Shown: positions 1-9,618 of the stretch, in pieces
Layout: every line of letters starts with the position of its first letter
Numbering within the stretch: position 1 is the stretch's first letter
Source of the DNA: an uncultured Chitinophagales bacterium
GTDB lineage: Bacteria; Bacteroidota; Rhodothermia; Balneolales; M1805
Assembly (NCBI GenBank): GCA_964541325.1
Contig: CAZIQX010000004.1
Location: 5,198-38,980, forward strand
Length of the DNA stretch: 33,783 nt
Direction: 5' to 3'
Notes under the pieces: generated by a model
Seen by the model: only the letters and a program-made list of their open reading frames with translations
Told to the model about the DNA's origin: nothing
The model's database searches: none
Position numbers and translations under genes: made by a program

Positions 1-1678
1 TTCCTAAACGAAGGGATTGATTACTCCCAACAAAACTAGGTAAGTACACATTTATTCCACCAATCATGCCGATTTGACGCCTTTCAGGAAGTGGATTCCC
101 GTTTACATCAACAAATAAATTGTAGAGAGGATTATCATTCAAGTTCGCATCTGCTTGTGCAAAAAGGACGATTCCCTCTGAGGGCTGAAAATCGCGAACC
201 CGTTGTATCATTTTGTAATTCAACTGCGAAAGTAACCGAAACGTCCACACGCGTCCATCAACCACGTGATTAATGGCATTTGATTGACGACCTAATGCAT
301 CTGTACTTGCGTACGCTAACTCATAGGAATGAAACTTCAGCTCGGGTTTTATAAATAAGCTCGAAAAGTAGATGTTATTTTCCAGATTGATTTGAAAGGG
401 AATCGCCAAGGCATAACCACGTTCAGCCATGAAACCAACTCCGGATTGAAATCCCAATGAAAAATCGTCTTTATACGCACGAAGCTCAAATCCAGGCCAA
501 AAACCGGTAAAGCGGTACGAAATATCATACCAAAAGGCACCATATTGACTTGCTAAATCAGCCGACCAAGTGTGTCGTTGAAGAATATCCGTTCCAAGAA
601 AAAACGCTGATATCCGGTCGCCATAGGTTCCTGATTGGTAGTTAGGAATCACTCCACGAGGACGCATCCACGTCATACTCGAATAATGACGTTTAACAGA
701 TAAAGTGTCCCATTCTGTAGTTTTTGATAGCCAATTCCTCGATTCAGGAACCGTTTGATTAGCCCACATCCCAACAGGAATTTCTCGTTCAAGCGCTCTA
801 TTTCGATCTAATTTTGCTAATTGCTGTTCATTTTCATGTTGCACTACAAAGAGTACTTGTTGCTCATCAGGTGAATAACTTGCCTCAAACGCGTTAAACA
901 AGGTGTTGGTTAATTGATGAATTGTATTCGTTTCTACTTGATACTCGTACACATTCATGGTTCCCGTGTGGTCGGAGGTGAACATCAAGCGGGACCCATC
1001 TTTAGTCCATTGAGGATCATAGATTGAGCCTGATTGAAATAAAATGTCCGGATTTCTATCCAAAATGGTAGTTATACCTTCTTTTTTAGAAATCCATAAT
1101 CCCTGAGCACCATGTACATTTGCAACTAGAGCTAGTTTTCCGGTTGCTTCAGCATAATCCATGTCCATAAGGGTTTGAATACCGGGATTCATAAGAATAC
1201 GAACACCGTTCGTATCAATTTGAACTAAACGATTTGCCGAACCGGCTGTTTGAAACGCCCAAACAACATCATCCACATAAATGGGGTTAAAAACACGGTG
1301 ATTGTCGGAACTAGATGTTCCAACTTTTTGAACACGTTTTGTTTTAAAATCATATTCGTACACATGGGCAATAAACGTGTTATCATAGATAGGATGCACA
1401 TCATAACGAGCAAAAAGAAACGCACTTTTGTCGGGTTTTAGATCCATTTTGGCATCTTCAACAATATTTCCGGTAAACAACCTTTGGGGGGTTGCGGTGT
1501 TTACATCTAGCAAAAAGTAACCGGCTTTTTCATTGTAAAATTGTGCATAAACTAAAGCCTCATTTTGGGTTAACCATAACGGACGCCGAAAAAATTCGCC
1601 TTCAAAAGGAGTATCCAATCGTTCGCCGGAAATCACTTCGTCCGCTCGAATCTGTTCTTGTCGGCTTCGCTTAGCACC
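1..1678 (-). CDS. C-terminal continuation (partial, runs off the left edge) of a large exported protein: PD40/TolB-like beta-propeller repeats followed by a beta-barrel-like tail. It is in frame with ORF 1679..2545 across a single TGA.
   Basis: Hand translation of the minus strand from 1678 gives 559 codons with no stop, out to the window edge. It is absent from the ORF track because it has no stop in the window. The translation runs GAKRSRQEQIRADEVISGERL...DPQWTKDGSRLMFTSDHTGTMNVYEY...ASYSPDEQQVLFVV...WYDISYRFTGFWPGFELRAYKDD.... The PD40-like motifs resemble the TolB family. There is no signal peptide of its own, and the first in-frame ATG is only at 1447..1445. Confidence 0.6.
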
Positions 1679-2545
1679 TCATTTATATCTTTTGGACTGT
1701 ACATAAGCGGTTCCGGGCCATTGTTTCGTTTGGTACCAATAAGCGAAACCATACCCCATAAAAGGCCATCTACCCATAAAATCAAGAATATCACGCGCGG
1801 TTTTATCGCCATGTTTACGTTGTACCCAACTTATAAATTCATATCCGCCCTGATAGTGACGGTCGTAAGGCAGGGTTTGGTTAACCGGTTGAAGCATTTC
1901 ACCCAAAGACCAGCGTCCATATCCCGAAAAAATGGAATTAATTTGATTGGTGAAATACGGATGATTACCGCGGCCTGAAACGGTTGGAATCATTTCAGAT
2001 TCGTAATGAACGGCTAAGCCTTCATGGAATCCAACCGGAGCCATAAAATGCAATGAACGAGCTGCATCAGGCCAAAAAGGATAGATGAGCGATGAAAACC
2101 CCAAGGTTGGAATAACCGAAAAATGGTGTGCATGAATGAGTTCATGAGGCAATACATTTTCGAGCCATCCACCGGCGCGTGGATTCAAAATTTTGCCTTT
2201 TATATAGGGAATTTCGACTTCCATTCTAAAATTAAATGGCGTTACATAACCATTGGAGCGATCGTTATACGCATTTAGAACTACCGGAAAACGATGTAAA
2301 GAACCCCCTGTGAGCTTTTCACTTTCCGCATAATGTGCCTCTAAAATGCGTGCAGAAGCTCGGGCTAGTGAATCATTTTCCTCATGAAAAATCACTCTAA
2401 AATGCTTCGAGTTCAGTTCATACCAATCAAGTGATGGCCGGTACAGCTGACCATAAACCAAGCCCGGAAACCCAAGCATTAAAATTAAAAAAAACGACTT
2501 TTTAACTGTTTTTAAAACGATCATACAAGATGTGTTTGCAGGCAA
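1679..2545 (-). CDS. N-terminal part of the same exported protein: signal peptide plus an HExxH (HELIHAHH) peptidase-like domain, ending at an in-frame TGA. The true start is probably the ATG at 2524.
   Basis: 288-aa ORF. The track start at 2545 is TTG, while the ATG at 2524..2522 gives MIVLKTVKKSFFLILMLGFPGLVYGQ, a typical signal peptide. It contains the metalloprotease-like motif HELIHAHH. The stop TGA lies at 1681..1679, and the next codon continues the same frame (see finding). Confidence 0.6.
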   Translation of the reverse strand: MPANTSCMIVLKTVKKSFFLILMLGFPGLVYGQLYRPSLDWYELNSKHFRVIFHEENDSLARASARILEAHYAESEKLTGGSLHRFPVVLNAYNDRSNGYVTPFNFRMEVEIPYIKGKILNPRAGGWLENVLPHELIHAHHFSVIPTLGFSSLIYPFWPDAARSLHFMAPVGFHEGLAVHYESEMIPTVSGRGNHPYFTNQINSIFSGYGRWSLGEMLQPVNQTLPYDRHYQGGYEFISWVQRKHGDKTARDILDFMGRWPFMGYGFAYWYQTKQWPGTAYVQSKRYK

Positions 2546-2629
2546 ATTCAGAATGCACCTATCCTTAAAAAAGATTTTTACATCCGAAAATATTCCTTAA
2601 CTTAAAATAATAAACTAATTTACAGGATT

Positions 2630-3901
2630 ATGAGACCTTTTTTACAGATAAGTTACCGTTTGATGATGCTTGTTTTTTGTTTTTCGAATGCAAAAGCGCA
2701 AGTTGGAATAACAGGAGTTCCTTTTTTACAACTCAATGCTAGTCCTGAAGAATTTGGTATGGCAGGTGCATTTACCGCACTTCAAAGCAATTCAACGTAT
2801 GCGGCTTGGTATAATCCTGCGCAATTAGGGTTCGATCCGGGTTATTCTGTTTCTCTTGCACATGCTCCAAAATCGGATTGGCTTCCTGAATTTAATATAG
2901 ATTTAGGTTTTCACAATACAGGAATTCGAGGGGCATATAGTACTCGGATTGGGGGACTTAAAACGGTTTTCGGGGCAAGTTTTAGTCATTTTTTCATTGA
3001 TTTGGGAAAACAATATCCAACCGATGAGAACGGAAATGATCTTGGGGAATTTGAGAGTTACGATTATTCCAATAATTTAAGTTTTGGTGCCGGAATCGAA
3101 GTATTTCGAGGCATTCAATTTTCAGCGGGTTACACGTTAAAGCATATTAAATCTAAGTTAACAGCTGATGGAATGACGATTGGAAATGTACGTGTTAAAA
3201 ACCCGTCGTTATTTGCCCATGATTTGGGCTTGATTGGTTCTGTTCAGTTAGAAGAATTGTTTAACGTAAAACCTGTTTTTGTTGCTGGAACTCCTATTCA
3301 ATTTAAGTCAGGTTTTCTGGTTGGATATACTTTAAAAAATATTGGTGGTAGCCTTAATTACGTGGAGGATTATGCTGGTGACCCACTTCCCCGTTTTGCT
3401 CATATTGGAATTGCGGCAAATATGGGTATTGAAATTGCTGTTTTAGGAAAAACCCTTTCGATTATAACCGCAACGGCTAGCAGAGAAGCACGTGAGCAAA
3501 TGGTTGGTTTAAAATCAGTCTATTCAGATACCAATGCGATTGTTAGTGGAAGAGAGCGATCATGGGAATATGTGAACGGGCTCACCAATAATTTCTCTTT
3601 CAGAGACAATCTGATACATGGAAATACCCGTTTTAATATATACATCCACGAAGGGATTCAATATTCCTTTTTTGAAACCTTTACGATTCGATATGGCCGT
3701 TATTTAGGTGATGGATATGAGATTCCAATAAAAACTAAAGGATTTACTATTTCTATGAATGGAATTAAAAAACTCTTTTTGAACGAGTATTTCCCGGTTT
3801 TAAAACCATTTGGGTTTCAATTATCAACAGCTTCTATTACACAGGGTTATATTATTGATGGTACTAGTTATTATGGCTTCCAAATTAACTATTCCTTTTA
3901 A
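2630..3901 (+). CDS. Outer-membrane beta-barrel protein, PorV/PorQ-family-like (T9SS-associated OMP family)
   Basis: The signal peptide ends ...SNAKAQ. The N-terminal motif GVPFLQLNASPEEFGMAGAFTALQ...NPAQLG resembles the PorV/PorQ signature (FL.i....GMGGA....NPA). Beta-strand patterning alternates throughout, and the C-terminus ...INYSF ends in the aromatic residue typical of OMPs. Confidence 0.5.
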   Translation: MRPFLQISYRLMMLVFCFSNAKAQVGITGVPFLQLNASPEEFGMAGAFTALQSNSTYAAWYNPAQLGFDPGYSVSLAHAPKSDWLPEFNIDLGFHNTGIRGAYSTRIGGLKTVFGASFSHFFIDLGKQYPTDENGNDLGEFESYDYSNNLSFGAGIEVFRGIQFSAGYTLKHIKSKLTADGMTIGNVRVKNPSLFAHDLGLIGSVQLEELFNVKPVFVAGTPIQFKSGFLVGYTLKNIGGSLNYVEDYAGDPLPRFAHIGIAANMGIEIAVLGKTLSIITATASREAREQMVGLKSVYSDTNAIVSGRERSWEYVNGLTNNFSFRDNLIHGNTRFNIYIHEGIQYSFFETFTIRYGRYLGDGYEIPIKTKGFTISMNGIKKLFLNEYFPVLKPFGFQLSTASITQGYIIDGTSYYGFQINYSF

Positions 3902-5187
3902 TCAAATCGCTCGCTTCGTGGAGGAATCGGATTGTTTTCCAAGTTCCAAAAGTACGTCCCCGTTTTTTTGCGCCATTCTTTACGGCTAAGTCCACGATAC
4001 CCGTATGGCGGTTTGCGCAGGGCTCGTGCAAATGCAATAAATATCCATCCAAATGGAAAAAAGAAAAACCAGATATCCCAATCCCGAATCAAAGAAATAA
4101 ATCGTACTGCCTTAGGGCGATTTAAATCTCTGGAGTGACCCAAAAACACAAACGGCCAACCAAATGGAGTTGCTTTCCAACCACTCCATCCCAATTCGCG
4201 CATTTTTTTCCACAAGCTTTTTGCTTCATAGGGTTTTTGTCCGTGTTGCTCAACCAGTTGATTAAGCTCTACTTGCATATCATCACGAATTTGATCGGCT
4301 ACTTTTTGAAAATCAATTTTATCAGCTTTGGTGTAATCTGTAACCCCATTCTTTCTCAAAGCTTCACGAATGTTAACCGGACTGCCCACAAAAAACTTCA
4401 TCTTGCAAGGAAATGCGAGATAATAAAAAAACGGGAAAATGAGTCCGACAAAAATTGCCGGGATTGGGAAAAATGGAATACCTGCTAATTTATCAAACAG
4501 TTTATCAATCCATTTTATGGTTATTGAGGTTGGATTTACCCACTCGGCATTTACACACAAAATGGGATAAAACGGCGCATCGTGCATAGCTGCAAGCACC
4601 ACAAAACTTGAGTAAAAATGCTGTAATTGATAACGCCGTGTAAATCCTTTGCCAATTCCGGGAACGCCTTCAGGATAGTACAAAACCCGTTCACCACCTT
4701 TTAACAAATTGGAAAAATTTTTGAAAGTCATGTCAACTGCGCCGCCACGCCTCCAGAAATTGTCGATCCCAAACGGACGCATCCACCAAACTTTTGCCAA
4801 TTTAGGCGAATACACCGATCTACACTTGTATTTGGGCATAAAATGGTAATGTCTCCACATCAATGCATCTAAAACAAGTGCATCGTAGGGGAAAGCAGTA
4901 CCGGAGTGATTACAACCTAAAATGGCCGGACCTTCTTTTTGGAGCTTTTCCATGCCATAAATCTCGGCGCGGAAATAATGATCGATAATGGGTGATAAAA
5001 ACGAATCCTTTATAGAATTCAGATAATCGTAATCAATCGGGTCGAACGGCTCTTTTTTTTGATTGGCAAGTTCTTCGAGTTTATCCAAACCGTCAATCAT
5101 TAATGGGTCGAATGGCTCGAACAATTGATTCAAGTCGTCATCGGAGAAGTCTATCGTAATACTAAACAGCGATTTTTTTCGTGCCAT
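3898..5187 (-). CDS. LPLAT-superfamily (PlsC-like) acyltransferase with a C-terminal membrane segment
   Basis: 429-aa ORF with an ATG start. It has the motifs GCNHSGTAFPYD (NH...D block) and YYPEGVPG (the FPEG block of glycerolipid acyltransferases). The C-terminal stretch WDIWFFFFPFGWIFIAF is hydrophobic. Confidence 0.5.
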   Translation of the reverse strand: MARKKSLFSITIDFSDDDLNQLFEPFDPLMIDGLDKLEELANQKKEPFDPIDYDYLNSIKDSFLSPIIDHYFRAEIYGMEKLQKEGPAILGCNHSGTAFPYDALVLDALMWRHYHFMPKYKCRSVYSPKLAKVWWMRPFGIDNFWRRGGAVDMTFKNFSNLLKGGERVLYYPEGVPGIGKGFTRRYQLQHFYSSFVVLAAMHDAPFYPILCVNAEWVNPTSITIKWIDKLFDKLAGIPFFPIPAIFVGLIFPFFYYLAFPCKMKFFVGSPVNIREALRKNGVTDYTKADKIDFQKVADQIRDDMQVELNQLVEQHGQKPYEAKSLWKKMRELGWSGWKATPFGWPFVFLGHSRDLNRPKAVRFISLIRDWDIWFFFFPFGWIFIAFARALRKPPYGYRGLSRKEWRKKTGTYFWNLENNPIPPRSERFD

Positions 5188-5405
5188 ATCAAAAAACCCA
5201 AAGAGTCTGAAAATGAATCGGTGTAAGGTGTTGAATTCCTATGGAAATTCCAATTCTCATGTTAAAGAATTCATCCCAACATCTTGTCTGATGTATTTAT
5301 GCAGAAGTACGTTATAAATCTGGAGAAACCTGGAAAACGTAGAATCATCACTAAGAAAAATATTAGTTGAAGATGGTTTCATGTCTATCGAAAATGGTCT
5401 TCTCA

Positions 5406-8006
5406 TCATTTTCCAAAAAGTGAAAACAACAGGGCTAATCCAAACAAAATGGAATATACTCCCCAATGTGCGCCTTGAATGAGTGCTAACACTCCACCGA
5501 CCAGGCATGCACCGGCAATAATGGCACTTTTAATGCCTTCTAATGGATTACTTGGTGAACGATCATTCAGATTTTCTTCCAAAAATTTGAGCCCATCCGC
5601 TGATAGCTTAGGCAACTGAACCAACATGTCCACCAATTCCGGAGCGCCACGCATTAATTCTTTAACAATCGCTTTGGGATTAAACTGATCTTTAAAAATC
5701 TTAGAGACATACTTTTCTGATAGTTTTGGAACATCCAATTTATCCAACAATAAAAAACCAACGCCTTCAAAGGTTACCAAAGCTTTAACCATCAAAGTCA
5801 TCTCAACAGGGAAGAATACGCGATATTTACCACCGATTGAGAGAGAATTCAAAATTAACTGACCCAAACTAAAATCGCCGGATTGCGCATGCATGTAATA
5901 ACGACGTAACGTATCAGCAACGGCACGGCGAAACCCTTGTGGATCGCCACCCTGACCCACACGAGCCATCGCCAATAAATACTTGGTAGCCCCATCAATA
6001 TCACCGGAAACCAACGCATGAAAATAATACAACATACGTCGGCGTGTTTTATCTTCAAATCGGCCAACCATCCCTAAGTCAATAAAACCCAATTTCGGGC
6101 CGGGTAAAATCATGAGGTTTCCCGGATGCAAATCAGCGTGGAAAAAACCATCTTTATATAGCATTTGGATGATGGAGGCTGCACCCGTATCCACCAACTG
6201 TTCACGCTCTTCCAGACTTAACTCATCGGTTTGAGGCGCTCCCGGTTTAAAACCATCCATAAATTCCATGCAAAGCACATCTTGGCCGCTATATTCGCGA
6301 TAAATTTTGGGGAATTTTACGAGTGGATGATTGTTAAAATTGGCAGCAAAAATTTCTGCATGATCAGCCTCATTCGTTAAATCCACCTCTTTTTCGGTGT
6401 AAGCGCAGAATTCATCAATCAATTGCTTGGGTTGATATTGAGGAATTGCCCATTGCAAAAAGCCGGAAATTAATTTCAACAATCGTATATCCGTTAAAAT
6501 GGAATCCCGAATGCCCGATTTAACCACTTTTATGACAACTCGTTCATCATTTACGGTTAGTGCTAAATGCGTTTGTGCTATTGAAGCCGTCCCAATCGGT
6601 TTTTTATTGATTTCTTTGAAGCATTCTGCAACCGGACGATTCAAATCCTTCTGCACAATTTCCATGATTTCATTGAAATCAATCGGCGGGAGTCGATCCA
6701 GTAAATTTTTAAGCTCTTCAGTAACCACATCGGGCAAAATGTCTTCGCGAAGCGCCAGAATTTGTCCCAATTTGATGTAGGTAGGACCCATCAACTCTAA
6801 TCGGCGACGTAATTGCACCGGAAATGGTTTATCTCGTAAGTCTTTCATCACAAACGGACGAACCATGGCAGCGGCCATTCGGGTAAACATAAATCGTAAA
6901 CCCCGAGTTCGGGATTTGGGTAGTGCTTTCCGAAACGCTATAAGTCCACCCGCAAACAACCCAATCGTATGTCTGTTGATGATAAAAAAGCGCCGAACCA
7001 TACCTTTGTAAACCGCAAGAGGATCAAAATCGGCCAAAGGCATTTGATTATCCGACTCATCTACCGGTTCACCTCTACGTTTCCGTATTTCTTTAGAGAT
7101 ATAAACGGGAATGGGTTCTGATTTTGGCTTTGCTTCGGAATCTTCCGTTAGAACTGGAATTTCGTCATCATCAGGAATTGTTTCATGCTCTAAAATGGAT
7201 GGCTTTTCCGGTTTCGTAATTTCTTTTTGACTTGATGATGTTTTCGAAACAGAATGGGGATTTTGATTGGTGGAAGTCTGCATGTCAGCTAAATCTTCCT
7301 TTAGACTCTCCAATAAATGGGATGCAAGTTCGTCGGTGGTTGCCTGTTCTTCTTGAATTTCGTCGGATGTATGAGGTTTATTTTCTTCATCAGCTTGCTC
7401 GTTGGAGTTAGCCTCATCACTGGTATTTTCAGGCCCGATTGTTGTTACCTTCTCGAATTGTTCAACCAAGACAGTCGATTGATTGTCATGGAAAACTTGA
7501 TTCTCATTCACAAAAACTGATTCTTTTTCAGCATCACTAACTATCTGATTTTCAATCTCAGAAGTAGAATCAACCGAAATCACATGTTCAATCTCTTCTA
7601 TAATAGTAGGATGTACTGCTGAAAATTCCTGGATGTCCTCTTCTTTCGTTGAATTGATCTCGACAGAATGATTTTCTTCGCTTAAGAACCCGGTTTCAGG
7701 AACTAGCTCATCGTTATCATTCTCCTTTTTTTCTTCACCTTGTTCTGATGGTTTCGATTTTTGCGACTCAAGCTCCTTAACCGTGTCTGATGTGCCTGGT
7801 TCAGAATCTAATCCGGTTTGCTCTTCGTCAAATTGAGATTGTTTTTTCTTAGATCGAGACCTTTTAACCGATTTCTGTTCGTTTTCAGCTTCTACATGTT
7901 CATTAACAGGTTCTGCATTCTTTTTCTCAGAAGTTTTTGCCACGTTTGGCTCATCTTGTTCGGGTTTAGGTTGTGCAGGTAATCCAAATAAATCGAGATT
8001 TGACAT
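5406..8006 (-). CDS. ABC1/UbiB-family atypical kinase with a roughly 320-335 aa acidic low-complexity N-terminal extension and C-terminal TM helices
   Basis: 866 aa with an ATG start at 8006. The UbiB/ABC1 signatures are LMGPTYIKLGQILALREDILP, PIGTASIAQTHLA and FFHADLHPGNL. The C-terminal hydrophobic pair is AIIAGACLVGGVLALI / VYSILFGLALLFSLF. It ends in a tandem TGA TGA stop. Confidence 0.85.
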   Translation of the reverse strand: MSNLDLFGLPAQPKPEQDEPNVAKTSEKKNAEPVNEHVEAENEQKSVKRSRSKKKQSQFDEEQTGLDSEPGTSDTVKELESQKSKPSEQGEEKKENDNDELVPETGFLSEENHSVEINSTKEEDIQEFSAVHPTIIEEIEHVISVDSTSEIENQIVSDAEKESVFVNENQVFHDNQSTVLVEQFEKVTTIGPENTSDEANSNEQADEENKPHTSDEIQEEQATTDELASHLLESLKEDLADMQTSTNQNPHSVSKTSSSQKEITKPEKPSILEHETIPDDDEIPVLTEDSEAKPKSEPIPVYISKEIRKRRGEPVDESDNQMPLADFDPLAVYKGMVRRFFIINRHTIGLFAGGLIAFRKALPKSRTRGLRFMFTRMAAAMVRPFVMKDLRDKPFPVQLRRRLELMGPTYIKLGQILALREDILPDVVTEELKNLLDRLPPIDFNEIMEIVQKDLNRPVAECFKEINKKPIGTASIAQTHLALTVNDERVVIKVVKSGIRDSILTDIRLLKLISGFLQWAIPQYQPKQLIDEFCAYTEKEVDLTNEADHAEIFAANFNNHPLVKFPKIYREYSGQDVLCMEFMDGFKPGAPQTDELSLEEREQLVDTGAASIIQMLYKDGFFHADLHPGNLMILPGPKLGFIDLGMVGRFEDKTRRRMLYYFHALVSGDIDGATKYLLAMARVGQGGDPQGFRRAVADTLRRYYMHAQSGDFSLGQLILNSLSIGGKYRVFFPVEMTLMVKALVTFEGVGFLLLDKLDVPKLSEKYVSKIFKDQFNPKAIVKELMRGAPELVDMLVQLPKLSADGLKFLEENLNDRSPSNPLEGIKSAIIAGACLVGGVLALIQGAHWGVYSILFGLALLFSLFGK

Positions 8007-8187
8007 GATTCAGCTGATGTTGTTGAATTAACGAAGTTCGCTAAAGACAAAATATTCTTTTACTTACAAGTATGAGAGCAAACATGAAATCTTGTACAGT
8101 AAACTAAGGGTAAGATAAAAAACCCGATTCATTCTTGAACGCACTTTCCCGATTAACCCTATATTTCTTTCAAAATCGCTTCATTAC

Positions 8188-8766
8188 ATGAAAAACCAGC
8201 TTTTTTTGATTTTTTTGATAGTGAGTTCAGGGTGTTCTTTGTTTACCACTCGCGACCCTGAACCGCCTGACACCGGAAATCAAGTAGTTTTTATTCAGCC
8301 CGACCGACCAGAAATTGTGATTCAAAACTTCACCAATTCCATAAATGGACTCAGTATTCAAAATTATTTGCAATGTTTTGATGCCACACAGTTTGAGTTT
8401 ACACCTTCTCTGCAATCTGCAGCAACTAATCCGGGAATTTGGGCTGCATGGGCCTATCAGGAAGAACAAACCTACTTTACCAATTTGGTATCAGAAGCGA
8501 GTTTATTTACAGGTCATCGATTAGTGTTTTCTGATTCTAGATATGAAATCATTTCAGAAACTCAGCAGCAGTTTATTGCACAGTATTCGTTAACTATCAT
8601 TCATAATCGAACATCAAGCGGCGTTCCTACTACTGCGGTTGGTGAACTTCTATTTGAACTTGAGGCAGCAAATAATGGTCTGTGGACGATAAAACGTTGG
8701 GCAGACATTTCAACCGGTGATGCTTTTTCATGGAGTGAGTTTAAAGCTGTTTTTGTTCGCAGTTAA
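8188..8766 (+). CDS. Hypothetical lipoprotein
   Basis: The signal peptide carries a lipobox (LIVSSG-C). No family is recognised from the sequence alone. Confidence 0.6.
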   Translation: MKNQLFLIFLIVSSGCSLFTTRDPEPPDTGNQVVFIQPDRPEIVIQNFTNSINGLSIQNYLQCFDATQFEFTPSLQSAATNPGIWAAWAYQEEQTYFTNLVSEASLFTGHRLVFSDSRYEIISETQQQFIAQYSLTIIHNRTSSGVPTTAVGELLFELEAANNGLWTIKRWADISTGDAFSWSEFKAVFVRS

Positions 8767-8777
8767 ACCCACAAAGC

Positions 8778-9539
8778 TTATTTTTTTCGATTTAAAAACG
8801 TTTCTACTGCTTGGTGATGTTCATCAGCTGCCCACATGGTAGAAAAATGGCTGATTTCCTGCATCATGCGTTCATTTCTTGTTACATGCTCATCACTAGA
8901 AAAACGAACTGCGTGTTTTATACCTCGTAGAACCGGCTCGGGATAGCTCAATAACAGATTTATTCGCTGTAAAAACTGCTCTTCGGTATGAAACACCTCT
9001 TGAGCTAAACCTATTCGAAGGGCTTCTTCTGAACTTATTTTTTTTTGGGATAGTAGCAGGTTTATGGCTTGCGGCTTTCCAATTCGCTCAATCAGACGAG
9101 TGGCACCGTTCCAACCCGGAGGTAATGCAAAATAAGCTTGTGTGAATCCGAAAAGAGCCTGATCATTTACGTAAATCATATCAAAGGCAAGACTCATTTC
9201 ACATCCACCACCATAAGTATTTCCATTAATATAAGCCACAGTTACACAAGACAAGGCCTCGATGCGTGTTAAAATATCGGCCATTTTTTGAGCCATTTTT
9301 TTCCCATCCTCTGCTGACTTTAGCTTAGCAAATTGAACTAAATCACCACCCGATGCTACATATCCGGTATCATCTCCCGAAAACAAAAGAACTTTTGGCG
9401 GTTTTTTTTCCAACTTTTCCAATAGAAATTCAAGTTCGTCCATTACTTCTAAATCAATGGCATTCAGTGCATTAGCTCGATTTATCTGAAACTTGACCAA
9501 ACCATTGGACTCGTGAATTAAAATTTTTTTGAAATTCAT
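8778..9539 (-). CDS. Enoyl-CoA hydratase/isomerase (crotonase) family protein
   Basis: Crotonase-fold motifs are present: NRANALNAID..., SGGDL, and YINGNTYGGGCEMSLAFDMIY...FALPPGWNGATRLIERIG. Confidence 0.8.
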   Translation of the reverse strand: MNFKKILIHESNGLVKFQINRANALNAIDLEVMDELEFLLEKLEKKPPKVLLFSGDDTGYVASGGDLVQFAKLKSAEDGKKMAQKMADILTRIEALSCVTVAYINGNTYGGGCEMSLAFDMIYVNDQALFGFTQAYFALPPGWNGATRLIERIGKPQAINLLLSQKKISSEEALRIGLAQEVFHTEEQFLQRINLLLSYPEPVLRGIKHAVRFSSDEHVTRNERMMQEISHFSTMWAADEHHQAVETFLNRKK

Positions 9540-9618
9540 TTGGGGGTAAACCTTTCGGGCTGTGTATTAGGGATGTATAACCTAACAAACTCAAAAACAA
9601 AATAACTGAGAGTTCATT

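Noticed and set aside
91-1674. Several 60-66 aa track ORFs (91..273, 349..543, 1225..1425, 1250..1441, 1492..1674), plus the 106-aa ORF 1658..1978
   Set aside because: All lie in alternative frames or strands within the long stop-free minus-strand frames (1..1678 and 1679..2545), which have real domain signatures.
1679-1681. The in-frame TGA as selenocysteine, or as evidence of a reassigned genetic code (UGA = Gly/Trp)
   Set aside because: TGA clearly functions as a stop elsewhere in the window: the UbiB-like gene ends in a tandem TGA TGA at 5408..5403. I could not fold a convincing SECIS-like hairpin in the 40-50 nt downstream of the TGA. The protein context (exported peptidase/TolB-like) is not a known selenoprotein class.
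3932-4488. Two plus-strand ORFs (68 and 117 aa)
   Set aside because: Both are antisense inside the acyltransferase gene, and their products are compositionally odd. I treat them as spurious.
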